Shown in pieces: positions 50,011-59,686 of a DNA stretch of 64,000 bases. A program made the position numbers and the translations under genes. The stretch's first letter is position 1; every line of letters starts with the position of its first letter. Below the pieces are notes generated by a model, which was not told the origin of the DNA, searched no databases, and was given only the letters and a program-made list of their open reading frames with translations. This stretch comes from Rubripirellula sp. (GTDB lineage Bacteria; Planctomycetota; Planctomycetia; Pirellulales; Pirellulaceae), in assembly GCA_965216875.1 (NCBI GenBank), contig OZ244207.1, positions 5,184,001 to 5,248,000 on the forward strand, written 5' to 3'.

Positions 50011-50910
50011 CTAGCCTCCGAATCCGCTATACCGCCGAACGCCACGGTTATAGGCGAATCGACAAACGACGATGAAGAAAAGCAACCACGCAGCTTCGAC
50101 CGCCATTTCCAAAGGCAACTCTTCCTCGGGAATCTTTTGCAAAAAGATCGCTGCCGGAAAATATGCCAAGTACTTGAACGGCAAAAAGTTGACCACCGAC
50201 TCGATGCCGTCGGGCAGCAGCGTCAGCGGAAACATATGTCCGGAGAGAAAAAAGCTGAACAACATAAAGACGAACAGCAACGACGAGACTTCGAGGAACC
50301 AGAATCCGATCATCCCAATCGCCGCTTCCAAAAAGAAGCCGATCAAAAAGCCCATGATCAACGACGCAACAAAGGCGACAAACACTTCCGGTGGTGGAAA
50401 GCCTGCGACGAAGTAGTCGCGACACAGGAAGAAGACGAGCGCAAACGGCAGTACGGCAATCGCATAGTAAGCCAACTTGTGCGCCACTCGCGTCAGCAAC
50501 AGAAACCCGATCAAATCGAGCGGTTGAATCAGATACTTTTTGATCTCGCCATCACGAATTTGCGTCGCGATGCCTGATGCCAAACCGGGCATACTCGAAA
50601 AGGCGCGGCCAATCATGGTTAACAGGTAGTACGCGACCATGTCGTTGAAGCCGAATCCACCAATCGTCTTTTCATCATTCCCGGACGATTCGATCGACTC
50701 GAAGACGGCCCACCACAAAAAGATCTGGGTCACGATCGGCAAGAAACGCATGAGAGTGCCGAGCGCAAAATCGCCTCGATACACAAGTCGCTCGCCGAGC
50801 GCGGTCTTCAGGATCATCCACCAGACCGCCATCCGCTGACGCAGACCTGTTTGGTGGATCACTGCTGGAGGATCTGTTGTCGCTGTCGACACAGTTATCT
50901 TCTGTCCCAT
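50011..50910 (-). CDS. ABC-2 family transporter permease (DUF990-type)
   Basis: LVYRGDF, IRDGEIKKYLIQP, LSGHMFPL, LPF, terminal YSGFGG; start approximate. Confidence 0.85.
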   Translation of the reverse strand: MGQKITVSTATTDPPAVIHQTGLRQRMAVWWMILKTALGERLVYRGDFALGTLMRFLPIVTQIFLWWAVFESIESSGNDEKTIGGFGFNDMVAYYLLTMIGRAFSSMPGLASGIATQIRDGEIKKYLIQPLDLIGFLLLTRVAHKLAYYAIAVLPFALVFFLCRDYFVAGFPPPEVFVAFVASLIMGFLIGFFLEAAIGMIGFWFLEVSSLLFVFMLFSFFLSGHMFPLTLLPDGIESVVNFLPFKYLAYFPAAIFLQKIPEEELPLEMAVEAAWLLFFIVVCRFAYNRGVRRYSGFGG

Positions 50911-51418
50911 TCGTTCTCGCAAAACGGCGTGCCAAAACCCATGGCGGGACGCCAAGCCGAGCAAAATGTGGTTTGAGTAACAAAAAGCGCGCCTGCGACG
51001 CGACTTTCTGGAACCTGAAATCTAGCGCGTCAACGAGTTCCTGGCGAGGCGGGTAGGCATGCGCGTTTCACTCGCGTCGTGGCAATGGCGTTTCGATGCC
51101 GCTGTCCGACGTCACCTTTCCGCTGTCAGGCCACCTTGCCAGGCCACATCGAAATCTCGATTTTCGTATTGCACGCCGCTGAGACATACTGTCTGTTGTT
51201 AATGGGAAACACTGGGGATCAATTCGAGGCACAATGCGCAATTGTTGCCCACAAACGCTCCGGTCTACGTATCCTGGTACTTACGGTTCCTGACGGGAAA
51301 GCCTTCGACCTTTGGCCTATCTGAACGCAATCCAAAGCGAGCGAGGCAGTGTGAACGCAATCTCCACACATCGGTTTGTGAAGCAATTAACTCTTCTTTT
51401 CAAAGGGATAACGGGGTC

Positions 51419-53431
51419 ATGAAATCGAGATCATCGATTTGGACGTGTACTGGCATGGGGCTCGTCTGGAGCCTGTTGGCCGTCACCGTGATGAGCAGCT
51501 TTTCTGCCGCTGCAGAGAGTGATTCGAAAACCAAAAAATCGGACCAACTGCAATCACCAACTCACCGGCAAGTCCGGATGATCACGCCCAAGGTGAAGGG
51601 TAATCCGGTCGAACTGCATACCATGGCAACCAATGCCGATGGGTTGATCGTGGCCGGCGTTTCATCGGGCTCGCAGGGCATGGTGCTGTTGATCGATTCC
51701 GAAGGCGAAACCAAATCCCAGTGGAACCTCGAGTTGACTCCAACCGGCGTCACCGTCGCGCCGGACGGAACCATCTTTGTTGCGGGCAGTGGCCGAATTG
51801 CTGAACTTGGCCAAGACGGCGAAGTTACAAAGATGATCGATTCGCCTCACGTCGGTGACATTGACGAACTCAAAAAGAAGACGGCCGACGCGATTCGTCA
51901 AAGCCGCAAACAGATGAGCGCATCGTTCGGAAAGCAGATTGAAATGCTGAAAGAACGGATTGCCGACATCGAAAAGAAAGAGGAAGCCGATCGCAGCAAG
52001 CTCGAGACGGCCCAGCTTGACGCGTTCGAGCAACAACTCGAGATGATCGAAGCCTATGCGGCACCCGAAGACGCTGACATTCCGGACGAGTATTTGAATT
52101 CAGCGATTCAACAGTCGTTGAACGTCACGTCGATGGCTGCTTCGGACAAGGATGTCTTCTTGTGTGCGATGGATCCTGGCGGTGGCGGCTATTCCGTATG
52201 GCGAGTTGGCCGAGACCTCGACACCGAATCGGCAGAGATGATCATGGACGGCCTGCGCGGTTGCTGCGGCCAAATGGACATTCAATGCTGCAACGGGCAA
52301 CTTGTCGTCAGTGAAAACACCAACTTCAAAATTGCAGTCTACGATCGCAACGGACGAGCCCAAAACACCTTTGGTCGTCGTGACCGAACCAGTCGAGGCG
52401 GTTTCGGAAGCTGTTGCAATCCAATGAACTCACTTCCCATGGCCGATGGCACCGTCCTGACGGCCGAGTCGTCGATTGGACACATCAAACGATTTGACAT
52501 GGACGGCAACCTCGTCGCGTATATCGGAAAAGCATCGATTGGCGGTGGCTGCAAACACTGTGCACTTGGGTACGACGAAGAAAATGACTTGTACTACATG
52601 ATGTACGAAGACAAGAACGCAATCTGCGTGCTTGCCAACAACGCTGACACTCCGATGTCGGTTGCCGAACAAGAACTCGAACAACGTCGCATCGACTTTC
52701 TGGCGCAAGCGGCTGGCAAATGGGATGTGGACGAAGGCAAGGCGGACGAAAGTTCGACCGGCGGTCTGTTGAGTCTGTTCGGTGGTGGTCGCGGTGGGTC
52801 ATCACAACACCCCGTGACATCACTGCAAATCGAATCCAATGGCAACGCCAAAATCCTCGACGGGATGTACAAGGCTTACGGTGATGTCGCCGGCCTTGAA
52901 TTGATGCAATCGGATTCGGAAGAGGAATTCGCTTTCGCACTGGCAATCGACCAAGTCCGCTTCCTCGAAGGCACTTGGAAGTTTGAAAGTGATGATTCGG
53001 CAACGGTCTCGTTCCAGGGTCTCACCAGCGTGAAGATGAAACGTGACGCTGCAGCAGACAAGAAGTGTGCCGGCGCAAACTGCAACGACGAAAAATGCGC
53101 CGACGAGGATTGTCCCAATCACAACAAACCTGCCGAAGCGGATGTCGCGGACATTGTCGTCGCCATCGACTCGGTCGAAGAGGCGATGGAGGATTTCGAC
53201 GGCTCGTTTGACCAAGCCTACGAGTTCTCCTCGACCGCTTTGACGCCCAAGTTTGAATACAAACTGGTCGGCAGCGGAAAACTTGGCGACGAGCCCGAAT
53301 CCGCACTCAATGAGCTTGGTGCCGATGGCTGGGAATACTGCGGCCGCTTGGGCAAAAAACTGATGTTCAAACGTGCCGTTTATGAAACCGGCGCATTGCT
53401 CGGCCTTACCGATCTTTCAGTCGAAGAATGA
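51419..53431 (+). CDS. Exported Cys-rich NHL-type beta-propeller protein with a C-terminal DUF4177-like domain
   Basis: Signal peptide; PTGVTVAPDGTIFVAG; LRGCCGQMD, GSCCNPMN, GGGCKHC; FEYKLV...LNELGADGWEY. ATG at 51419. Confidence 0.75.
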   Translation: MKSRSSIWTCTGMGLVWSLLAVTVMSSFSAAAESDSKTKKSDQLQSPTHRQVRMITPKVKGNPVELHTMATNADGLIVAGVSSGSQGMVLLIDSEGETKSQWNLELTPTGVTVAPDGTIFVAGSGRIAELGQDGEVTKMIDSPHVGDIDELKKKTADAIRQSRKQMSASFGKQIEMLKERIADIEKKEEADRSKLETAQLDAFEQQLEMIEAYAAPEDADIPDEYLNSAIQQSLNVTSMAASDKDVFLCAMDPGGGGYSVWRVGRDLDTESAEMIMDGLRGCCGQMDIQCCNGQLVVSENTNFKIAVYDRNGRAQNTFGRRDRTSRGGFGSCCNPMNSLPMADGTVLTAESSIGHIKRFDMDGNLVAYIGKASIGGGCKHCALGYDEENDLYYMMYEDKNAICVLANNADTPMSVAEQELEQRRIDFLAQAAGKWDVDEGKADESSTGGLLSLFGGGRGGSSQHPVTSLQIESNGNAKILDGMYKAYGDVAGLELMQSDSEEEFAFALAIDQVRFLEGTWKFESDDSATVSFQGLTSVKMKRDAAADKKCAGANCNDEKCADEDCPNHNKPAEADVADIVVAIDSVEEAMEDFDGSFDQAYEFSSTALTPKFEYKLVGSGKLGDEPESALNELGADGWEYCGRLGKKLMFKRAVYETGALLGLTDLSVEE

Positions 53432-54297
53432 TGCGAACGTTCGCCAGTCTTTTCGCCGCGATCGCGATGATCGCGGCGTCCGTCCCCGCATTCGCTGACC
53501 CGTTTGTCTTGGTGGTCATGGACCCATTAAGCAAGCCACTGTCATGCGATTGTGTTCAAGGATACGCCCAGCGCGAGTACAAACTACTCGGCAAACACCT
53601 CGAGGCTGAATTAGGTCGCGAAGTAAAAGTCGTTTGGTATGAGTCGCTTGCCGAAGCACTCGATGAAACCGATGGCCACGCTGACTTGGTGATCGGAAAA
53701 CACTCGGTCGTGTTGGCCGATGAGAAATCGACGGGACATCAAGTCAAACCGATTGCTCGCTTGACGGGCAAGGATGGGGAAGTCGATCAAAAAGGTCTGA
53801 TCGTCGTTCGCCGAGAGGATTCGGCAACGTCACTGAGCGACTTGCAGGACTATCGAATTCTGTTTGGCCCAACCGACGCCGAAGAGAAATCATCGGCACC
53901 CGAGGCCGCTCTTGTCGCCGCCGGTATCGAGCTCTCGAAGAAACGAGAACGATTCGGAGCATGCAGCGAGGCGGCGACTGCATTGTTGAAACTGCCCGCG
54001 GACACCGACGCGGCTGCAGTGATCAGCAGTTATGCCGAACCACTGCTCGAAGGCTGTGGTTCGATCAAGAAAGGGGATCTTCGGGTTGTTGGCGAAACGC
54101 AGCCCGTTCCGTTCATCACCGCGTTTGTCGCCGAGGACATGCCGAGCGACCTTTGTGCTCAAGTTGAAATCGCATTGGTAAAGGCTGGCACGAAACCAGA
54201 GTTGCTGCTCGGCCTGGAAACACTTGCCGGGTTCCTAACTTGGGAAACCAGCAAGCCAGCACCAAAAAAAAAAGTGACCACAGCAAACCTTCGATAA
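53428..54297 (+). CDS. PhnD/SsuA/transferrin-family solute-binding-like protein
   Basis: Signal peptide (AFA-D); Y..LGKHLEAELGREV, GLIVVR...SLSDL, LRVVGET.PVP; ATGA overlap; ends shortly after an A10 run. Confidence 0.75.
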   Translation: MMRTFASLFAAIAMIAASVPAFADPFVLVVMDPLSKPLSCDCVQGYAQREYKLLGKHLEAELGREVKVVWYESLAEALDETDGHADLVIGKHSVVLADEKSTGHQVKPIARLTGKDGEVDQKGLIVVRREDSATSLSDLQDYRILFGPTDAEEKSSAPEAALVAAGIELSKKRERFGACSEAATALLKLPADTDAAAVISSYAEPLLEGCGSIKKGDLRVVGETQPVPFITAFVAEDMPSDLCAQVEIALVKAGTKPELLLGLETLAGFLTWETSKPAPKKKVTTANLR

Positions 54298-55442
54298 CCA
54301 ACGCTGCGGATTGGTCTCAGTTTCGTGGCTCGGATCGATCGGGCCGTGTCGCGCATCTTCCTGACCGACTTCCGACCGAACAGGACTTGGTTTGGGAAGT
54401 TACCTTGCCAAGCCCCGGCGTTGGTGGCCTGATGGTTGCCGATGGAATGGTCATTGTCAGCGGCCGTGATGCTACCGATCGCAAAGACCGATTCACTGCA
54501 TTCGACCTGCAATCGGGCGACCAACGTTGGGTGTTTCAATACGATGCTCCAACCGACCTCGACTATGGCAACACACCGCGAGCAACACCGGTTTGGGTCG
54601 ACGGTTTGTTGATCACACTTGGTGCCACCGGAATGCTGTCGGGGTTGGATGGACAATCGGGGGTGCCGCTTTGGCGGATTGATTTGGCACAAGAATTTGC
54701 TGCCTCCGTGCCAACCTGGGGATTCAGTGCGTCGCCGCTTGTCGTCGGCGATCACCTCTTTGTACAAGTCTCAGGCGATGCCTCCCTGGTCGCGATCGAC
54801 ATGATCAACGGCCAGACCCAATGGCAGGTCAAGGGCGCCGAACCGGCGTACGCTTCGATGATGTTGGACATCGACGGCAAGACGATCCTTGGCGTCGACC
54901 AAGACGGCTACTTCGCACGTTCGAGCAAAGGCGGCGAGTTGCTTTGGTCACTCGAACCAGAGATTTCGGGTGACTTCGGCGTCCCGTCTCCAGTCGTCTT
55001 CGATGCAGGTGTGGTGTTCACTGGCGAAAACAACGGCGTTCAATTGATTGGCCGACAGGGCGATTCGTTAGCGAAATCCCGCGCGGCTCTGAACGACCTT
55101 TTGATTCCTGATTCACACACCCCGGTTTTGGTCGACGAGACACTTCTTGTCGCTTACGACGGTTTGCACGGACTCGATGTCACCGACGACTTGGCAGAGC
55201 GTTGGTCGATTGGCGAGTCGATCATCACGACCTATGCATCCATCATTGCATCGCCAAATCGTGTACTCGTGATGACCGAGGAAGGGGTATTGGCTCTCTT
55301 CGAATTTGACGACCACAAAGCGAAGTTGCTCGACAAACAAACCATCGCCTCGTCCAAATCGGCTGTCCTGTCGCACCCCGTCGTGGTCGGTGATCGGCTT
55401 CTGGTTCGACTTGGCAACGTGGTCCGTTGTTTCAGGCTGTAG
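54240..55442 (+). CDS. PQQ-like (BamB-type) beta-propeller; probably the C-terminal part of a frameshift fusion
   Basis: DWSQFRG, YGNTPRATP, WGFSASPLV, PAYAS, SHPVVVGDRLLVR; no signal peptide; only a TTG inside the upstream gene. Confidence 0.85.
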   Translation: MGNQQASTKKKSDHSKPSITNAADWSQFRGSDRSGRVAHLPDRLPTEQDLVWEVTLPSPGVGGLMVADGMVIVSGRDATDRKDRFTAFDLQSGDQRWVFQYDAPTDLDYGNTPRATPVWVDGLLITLGATGMLSGLDGQSGVPLWRIDLAQEFAASVPTWGFSASPLVVGDHLFVQVSGDASLVAIDMINGQTQWQVKGAEPAYASMMLDIDGKTILGVDQDGYFARSSKGGELLWSLEPEISGDFGVPSPVVFDAGVVFTGENNGVQLIGRQGDSLAKSRAALNDLLIPDSHTPVLVDETLLVAYDGLHGLDVTDDLAERWSIGESIITTYASIIASPNRVLVMTEEGVLALFEFDDHKAKLLDKQTIASSKSAVLSHPVVVGDRLLVRLGNVVRCFRL

Positions 55443-55464
55443 CAGATTGGGCCTTTGATTCCGT

Positions 55465-56862
55465 ATGAAGTTACCAACCCGCTACCCACTGATCCAAGAT
55501 CTCGGCTACCCCGATGGCGTGCCCGAAGCACGCCGCCGCTGGGTTGCTGATGCCAAAATGCGTCGACGTTGGCAACATCTCGGCCCCATCATTGCTGCGC
55601 TCGTGGTCACGATGACGTTTTCGATGTTTGGCGTCCTGCCATGGGCTCTTCGACGTGTTGCATCGCCGCAACAACTGGCCAACCAGCTCAATGCGCCGAT
55701 GCCAATGGGCAACGCTCATCTCGGCGCCGAGTATTACAACATCGCTTCGGCGATGGTCGACGGTCGCGGGTTTGCAGACCCTTTTGTGATCGAAACGGGT
55801 CCTACCGCGTGGATGCCACCGCTGCTGGTTTGGCTGCAAGCCGCTCTCATCTCCGTGCTTGGTGGCGATCGTTTTCTTGTCATGCTTGCGGTGGTCTTAT
55901 TGAAAACGATCGTGCTGGCAAGCTGCGCGGTCCTGATCGTTCGACAAGGCAATCGATCGCTCACAGGCTGGGCAGCCTTTGGCGTGATCTGCCTGTACTT
56001 CGTCTCCGAGCACCATGACTGTTTCGCATTCACTCATGACAGTTGGCTGATTCTTGGATCAGTCACCGGTACCCTTTGTGGGTTGGTCTGGGTCGATGGC
56101 AACCTTCGCCGTGGAACCTGGACGCTCGGCAAAACGATCGCTTGGGGATGTTTCGGCGGAATCGTCGCGTTGTCGAGTCCTGTGGCCGGTTTCGCCTGGG
56201 CCGTCGGCACGACCTGTTGCATGTCAGTTCGCGCGCCGAAGGCTTGGATCGCAGCAGGGATCATTTCGATGGCTGTGATTACACCATGGGGGATTCGAAA
56301 CAAGGTCGTGCTGGGAAAATTCGTCCCGATCAAAAGCAACGTCTTTTTCGAGTTTGATCAATCGATGGCCGTTGATAACGACGGCCTGCTTGATTGGTCC
56401 ACCTTTGCAACGCACCCTTACCACGAGAATGCCGAACGCAAGAAATATGCACAGATGGGTGAGATCGCCTACTTGGAAACGAAGAAGGAACGGTTCTTTG
56501 ACCAAGTCGCCGCCAACCCTCGTAAGTACGCCAATCGCGTTAGCCTTCGACTGTTTGCAACAACCGTCTTGCCGATTGGATTCAGTGGCTACAAACAGGG
56601 CAGTTGTTCGCTTCCGCTGCGTTGGTTGATCTACCCACTGCCACTGATCGCAATCATCGTTTTGGTCGGGTTCTGTCGGCCGCTGACACCGATCCAAAAG
56701 TGGGCGATCGTTCTGTACGCCGCGTATCTATTTCCTTACGTCCTTTGTTCCTACTATCCGCGGTACGGCTTCCCCCTGATCGCAATTAAGATGCTGCTCT
56801 GTTTTTGGGTGATCGAGGCGATTGTGCTCCGATCGCGTAAGTCGCAATCAGGCGTGGTATAA
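55465..56862 (+). CDS. Polytopic membrane protein, GT-C-like
   Basis: AEYYNIA...GRGFADPF..ETGPTAWMPP, ITPWGIRN...FVPIKSN, YPRY. Confidence 0.65.
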   Translation: MKLPTRYPLIQDLGYPDGVPEARRRWVADAKMRRRWQHLGPIIAALVVTMTFSMFGVLPWALRRVASPQQLANQLNAPMPMGNAHLGAEYYNIASAMVDGRGFADPFVIETGPTAWMPPLLVWLQAALISVLGGDRFLVMLAVVLLKTIVLASCAVLIVRQGNRSLTGWAAFGVICLYFVSEHHDCFAFTHDSWLILGSVTGTLCGLVWVDGNLRRGTWTLGKTIAWGCFGGIVALSSPVAGFAWAVGTTCCMSVRAPKAWIAAGIISMAVITPWGIRNKVVLGKFVPIKSNVFFEFDQSMAVDNDGLLDWSTFATHPYHENAERKKYAQMGEIAYLETKKERFFDQVAANPRKYANRVSLRLFATTVLPIGFSGYKQGSCSLPLRWLIYPLPLIAIIVLVGFCRPLTPIQKWAIVLYAAYLFPYVLCSYYPRYGFPLIAIKMLLCFWVIEAIVLRSRKSQSGVV

Positions 56863-56909
56863 CCTGCAAGTGATTCCTGCCAGCCAATCCTCCCGAGATC
56901 CCCGCAGCC

Positions 56910-57809
56910 ATGATGCCGTTTCGATTCGCACTCGCCCTCTGTTTCGTCACTCTGACTTCCACACTTTTTGGACAAGCACCTGAGCGGACGACATTGCCAC
57001 TCTGGCCCGATGTTCCTCCCGGAACCACTGCCAATGGCGAGGGTGATCGCCCCAGCCTGATCCTTACAAAGGTTGCTTCGGATTCGCCGACTGCCGCGGT
57101 GGTGATTCTTCCGGGTGGCGGCTACCACGGCCACGCGATGGACCACGAGGGTGTTCAATTTGCCGACTGGTTCCACTCACTTGGAATCACATCGGTCATA
57201 TGCGACTATCGATTGCGTGGCAAAGGAAACGATGGCAAGGGCTACGGCCATCCCGCTCCAATGCTCGACGCGTCACGAGCGATCCAAACGCTTCGTGCCC
57301 GCGCCGCGGAATGGAACATTGATCCCAATCGAATTGGCGTGATTGGTTTTTCGGCTGGCGGACATCTTTGCTCGACCGTCTCGACCAAGTTCGCCACAGG
57401 TGACCCCGATTCGGAGGATCCGATTGCCCGTGTTTCTTCGCGTCCCGACTTCAGCATCCTGTGCTATCCCGTGATCGCCTTTGATCAACCACACACGCAC
57501 AAAGGCAGCCAGCGCAACCTGCTCGGCAGCGATCCAACCGAAGAGTTGCTGCGGTCACTGTCAAACGAAAAGCAGGTCTCGGAAAAGACGCCACCAACGT
57601 TTCTCTTTCACACCGCTGCAGACAAGCCGGTCCCCGTGCAGAACGCGATCGACTACTTCGTTGCCTGCCAAAAACAGGGTGTTCCCGCCGAGATGCATAT
57701 CTTTCCCGAAGGCCATCATGGACTGGGGCTTGCGCAAAAGCAGGAAGGTGCCGCCCAGTGGCCGGAACTCTGCGCCAATTGGCTTCGTCGTCTGGGCATG
57801 GTCGACTAG
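56910..57809 (+). CDS. Secreted alpha/beta-hydrolase (acetyl esterase-like)
   Basis: Signal peptide; PGGGY, GFSAGG nucleophile elbow, D..VPV, GHHGLG. Confidence 0.9.
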   Translation: MMPFRFALALCFVTLTSTLFGQAPERTTLPLWPDVPPGTTANGEGDRPSLILTKVASDSPTAAVVILPGGGYHGHAMDHEGVQFADWFHSLGITSVICDYRLRGKGNDGKGYGHPAPMLDASRAIQTLRARAAEWNIDPNRIGVIGFSAGGHLCSTVSTKFATGDPDSEDPIARVSSRPDFSILCYPVIAFDQPHTHKGSQRNLLGSDPTEELLRSLSNEKQVSEKTPPTFLFHTAADKPVPVQNAIDYFVACQKQGVPAEMHIFPEGHHGLGLAQKQEGAAQWPELCANWLRRLGMVD

Positions 57810-57902
57810 CAGCGGGCGGGCGTTGCGGAACGAGTGGCCCACGACTCACCCGCGTTGCTCACTGTAGTAGTGCGCACCGCGTTCCCGCATCGCCGTCGAT
57901 CT

Positions 57903-59333
57903 CTAAGAAGGCTCGTCGCTCTTCGCTTCGGCAGACTTGGCCCAACGCAACGCGATGAATACCAAGACGGCCACGATCGCCGAAACGGCGAGTGCTGATG
58001 CGGCCAGCGGCACTCGTTCCAACACTAACAGGGGCAGGGCAATGGTGATGATGCCCCCGCCAACAAAAGGTGACGAAAGGGGTGCGGCCAGGGCATAGTC
58101 TTCTGCCGCACCCGATTCCAACTCCGGATCAACAACTCTTAGCAAGACGAACCCCGTCGCGGTCGTTCCAGTCGACATGCCGTAGTTGATCAGCCCAAGG
58201 GGAAACCAGTAACGCTTGGGCAGAATTCGCTTTGCCAGGACGAGCAAACAGACGCCTGCCCAAATCGCGCCGGCGACAAACAGGATGCTGAAGGGCACGA
58301 GTAGACTGGCGACAGCTTCCAAATTGAGTGACGTGATCGCCGCAACCACCAACACGTCCATTGCGGTCGCCGTGATCCGATTGACGGTCTCGCGATCCAC
58401 CGCCCGTTCATGCCCGAAAAGGGCGAGCGATTTGCGAACGATCAAGCCGCCGAACAACGCATAGATGAACAACGGAAAGTCAAGCACTTGCGATGCGGAC
58501 AACTTGCTTGAAAGCACTTCACGCGCTTCGTCGACTTGCGGATCAGCAACCAGCCACGCATCGACGCCGCCCGCAAACCACGCGACTGCCGTCTTCATCA
58601 CCACGCCGACGCCAACGGCAAGGAATAGCCAAACGAGTTGCAGCAATAGCGGGTCAATCGTTTCGCTGCCCACCTTGGCATAGCCAATCGGTGGTTCCTC
58701 GTTCGCCGGTCCCCGATCGTCGGCCATCTCGCGTTCAGCAGCAGGTTGAACCCAACCTCTACGAACGGCGAGGTTGATCCAAAAGATCCCCGTGACGACG
58801 CCATAGACCAATCCGCCAGTAGCCATCAGCGTGCCCAGGTCCATGCCGCTGGGGAAGTCAATTCCCTCACTGGCGTAGACCTTTCCCATTGCGGCTGCGG
58901 TTGAATGCCCACCAGCGAATCCTGTTTCGATCAACATGCCGATCGAATTGGGGACGTCGAAATAGGGTTTGATCAGTAACCAGGTTGCAACAAGCCCGAC
59001 AGCTGTCTGACCAAGAACGATGATCCACACCATCAAGCCTTGTCGCCCGACTTGTCCCACGCTGTCTCGCATCGGGCTCGGCTTTCGTTCGAGCAACATG
59101 CCGGCGAAAACAAACGCGATCAGCACTTTAGGCCACTCGCGCAGCGTGCCTGTTATCTCGGTCAGCGAGGTTTGAACGTTCTCGGGATAGTAGCCGATGC
59201 CTTGAACGACAAGTAAACCGATTCCACCAGCGATCACCGAGGCAGGGATGTACAGCCAATGAAAAACGCGAAACTGCAGCCGCAAGATGACTCCGGCGAG
59301 CAACAACACCGCGACGAAAAGCAAAGCTGACAT
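57903..59333 (-). CDS. gltS: Sodium:glutamate symporter family protein
   Basis: IPASVIAG, ETGFAGGHSTAAAM, YGMSTGTTATG...LRVVDP; many TMs. Confidence 0.8.
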   Translation of the reverse strand: MSALLFVAVLLLAGVILRLQFRVFHWLYIPASVIAGGIGLLVVQGIGYYPENVQTSLTEITGTLREWPKVLIAFVFAGMLLERKPSPMRDSVGQVGRQGLMVWIIVLGQTAVGLVATWLLIKPYFDVPNSIGMLIETGFAGGHSTAAAMGKVYASEGIDFPSGMDLGTLMATGGLVYGVVTGIFWINLAVRRGWVQPAAEREMADDRGPANEEPPIGYAKVGSETIDPLLLQLVWLFLAVGVGVVMKTAVAWFAGGVDAWLVADPQVDEAREVLSSKLSASQVLDFPLFIYALFGGLIVRKSLALFGHERAVDRETVNRITATAMDVLVVAAITSLNLEAVASLLVPFSILFVAGAIWAGVCLLVLAKRILPKRYWFPLGLINYGMSTGTTATGFVLLRVVDPELESGAAEDYALAAPLSSPFVGGGIITIALPLLVLERVPLAASALAVSAIVAVLVFIALRWAKSAEAKSDEPS

Positions 59334-59453
59334 AGGCAACCAGCACCCAAAAAAATCACGACAGCGGATTCAAACAGCACGTGATGTTACTTTGCCAGAC
59401 CGTTGCTGGTCACTGTGGGGTGCGAAACAGAGCTGCCCAGGCCGTGATTTCCA

Positions 59454-59654
59454 CGTGAGCCGCGATCGACGATCAGCCGCAACACCATAGCGTGCGGTTC
59501 CCGTCGTCGGGCAATCGTCGTAACCGCGAGCTATTGTGTTGCGGCTCGTGAGCCGAATGCGCTAGCGTCGGGCCTTGAACGCTACACGGTATACGAACGC
59601 CTGTCATGCAGAGCATGACCTACGACGCTGCTTTTGCGGAGCGAAAGGCGACTC
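59454..59654. repeat. Stack of several REP-like families between gltS and fliO
   Basis: Inverted pair 59475-59499 / 59522-59546; CGTGAGCCGAATGCGCTAGCGTCGGGCC (59547-59574); reverse GTAGGTCATGCTCTGCATGAC (59603-59623); CTTTTGCGGAGCGAAAGGCGACT. Confidence 0.8.
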
Positions 59655-59686
59655 TAAGCAATCTCAGCTAGAGGTGATTGCTTTCT

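Noticed and set aside
51195..51310. Cobalamin-riboswitch-like words (AATGGGAAAC...GGGAAAG)
   Set aside because: No GGTG..AATCC hairpin, CCACTG or B12 box.
51242..51418. Track-predicted N-terminal extensions (also at 39146, 46995, 61674 and 31881)
   Set aside because: Downstream ATGs give a proper signal peptide or tight coupling to the neighbouring gene.
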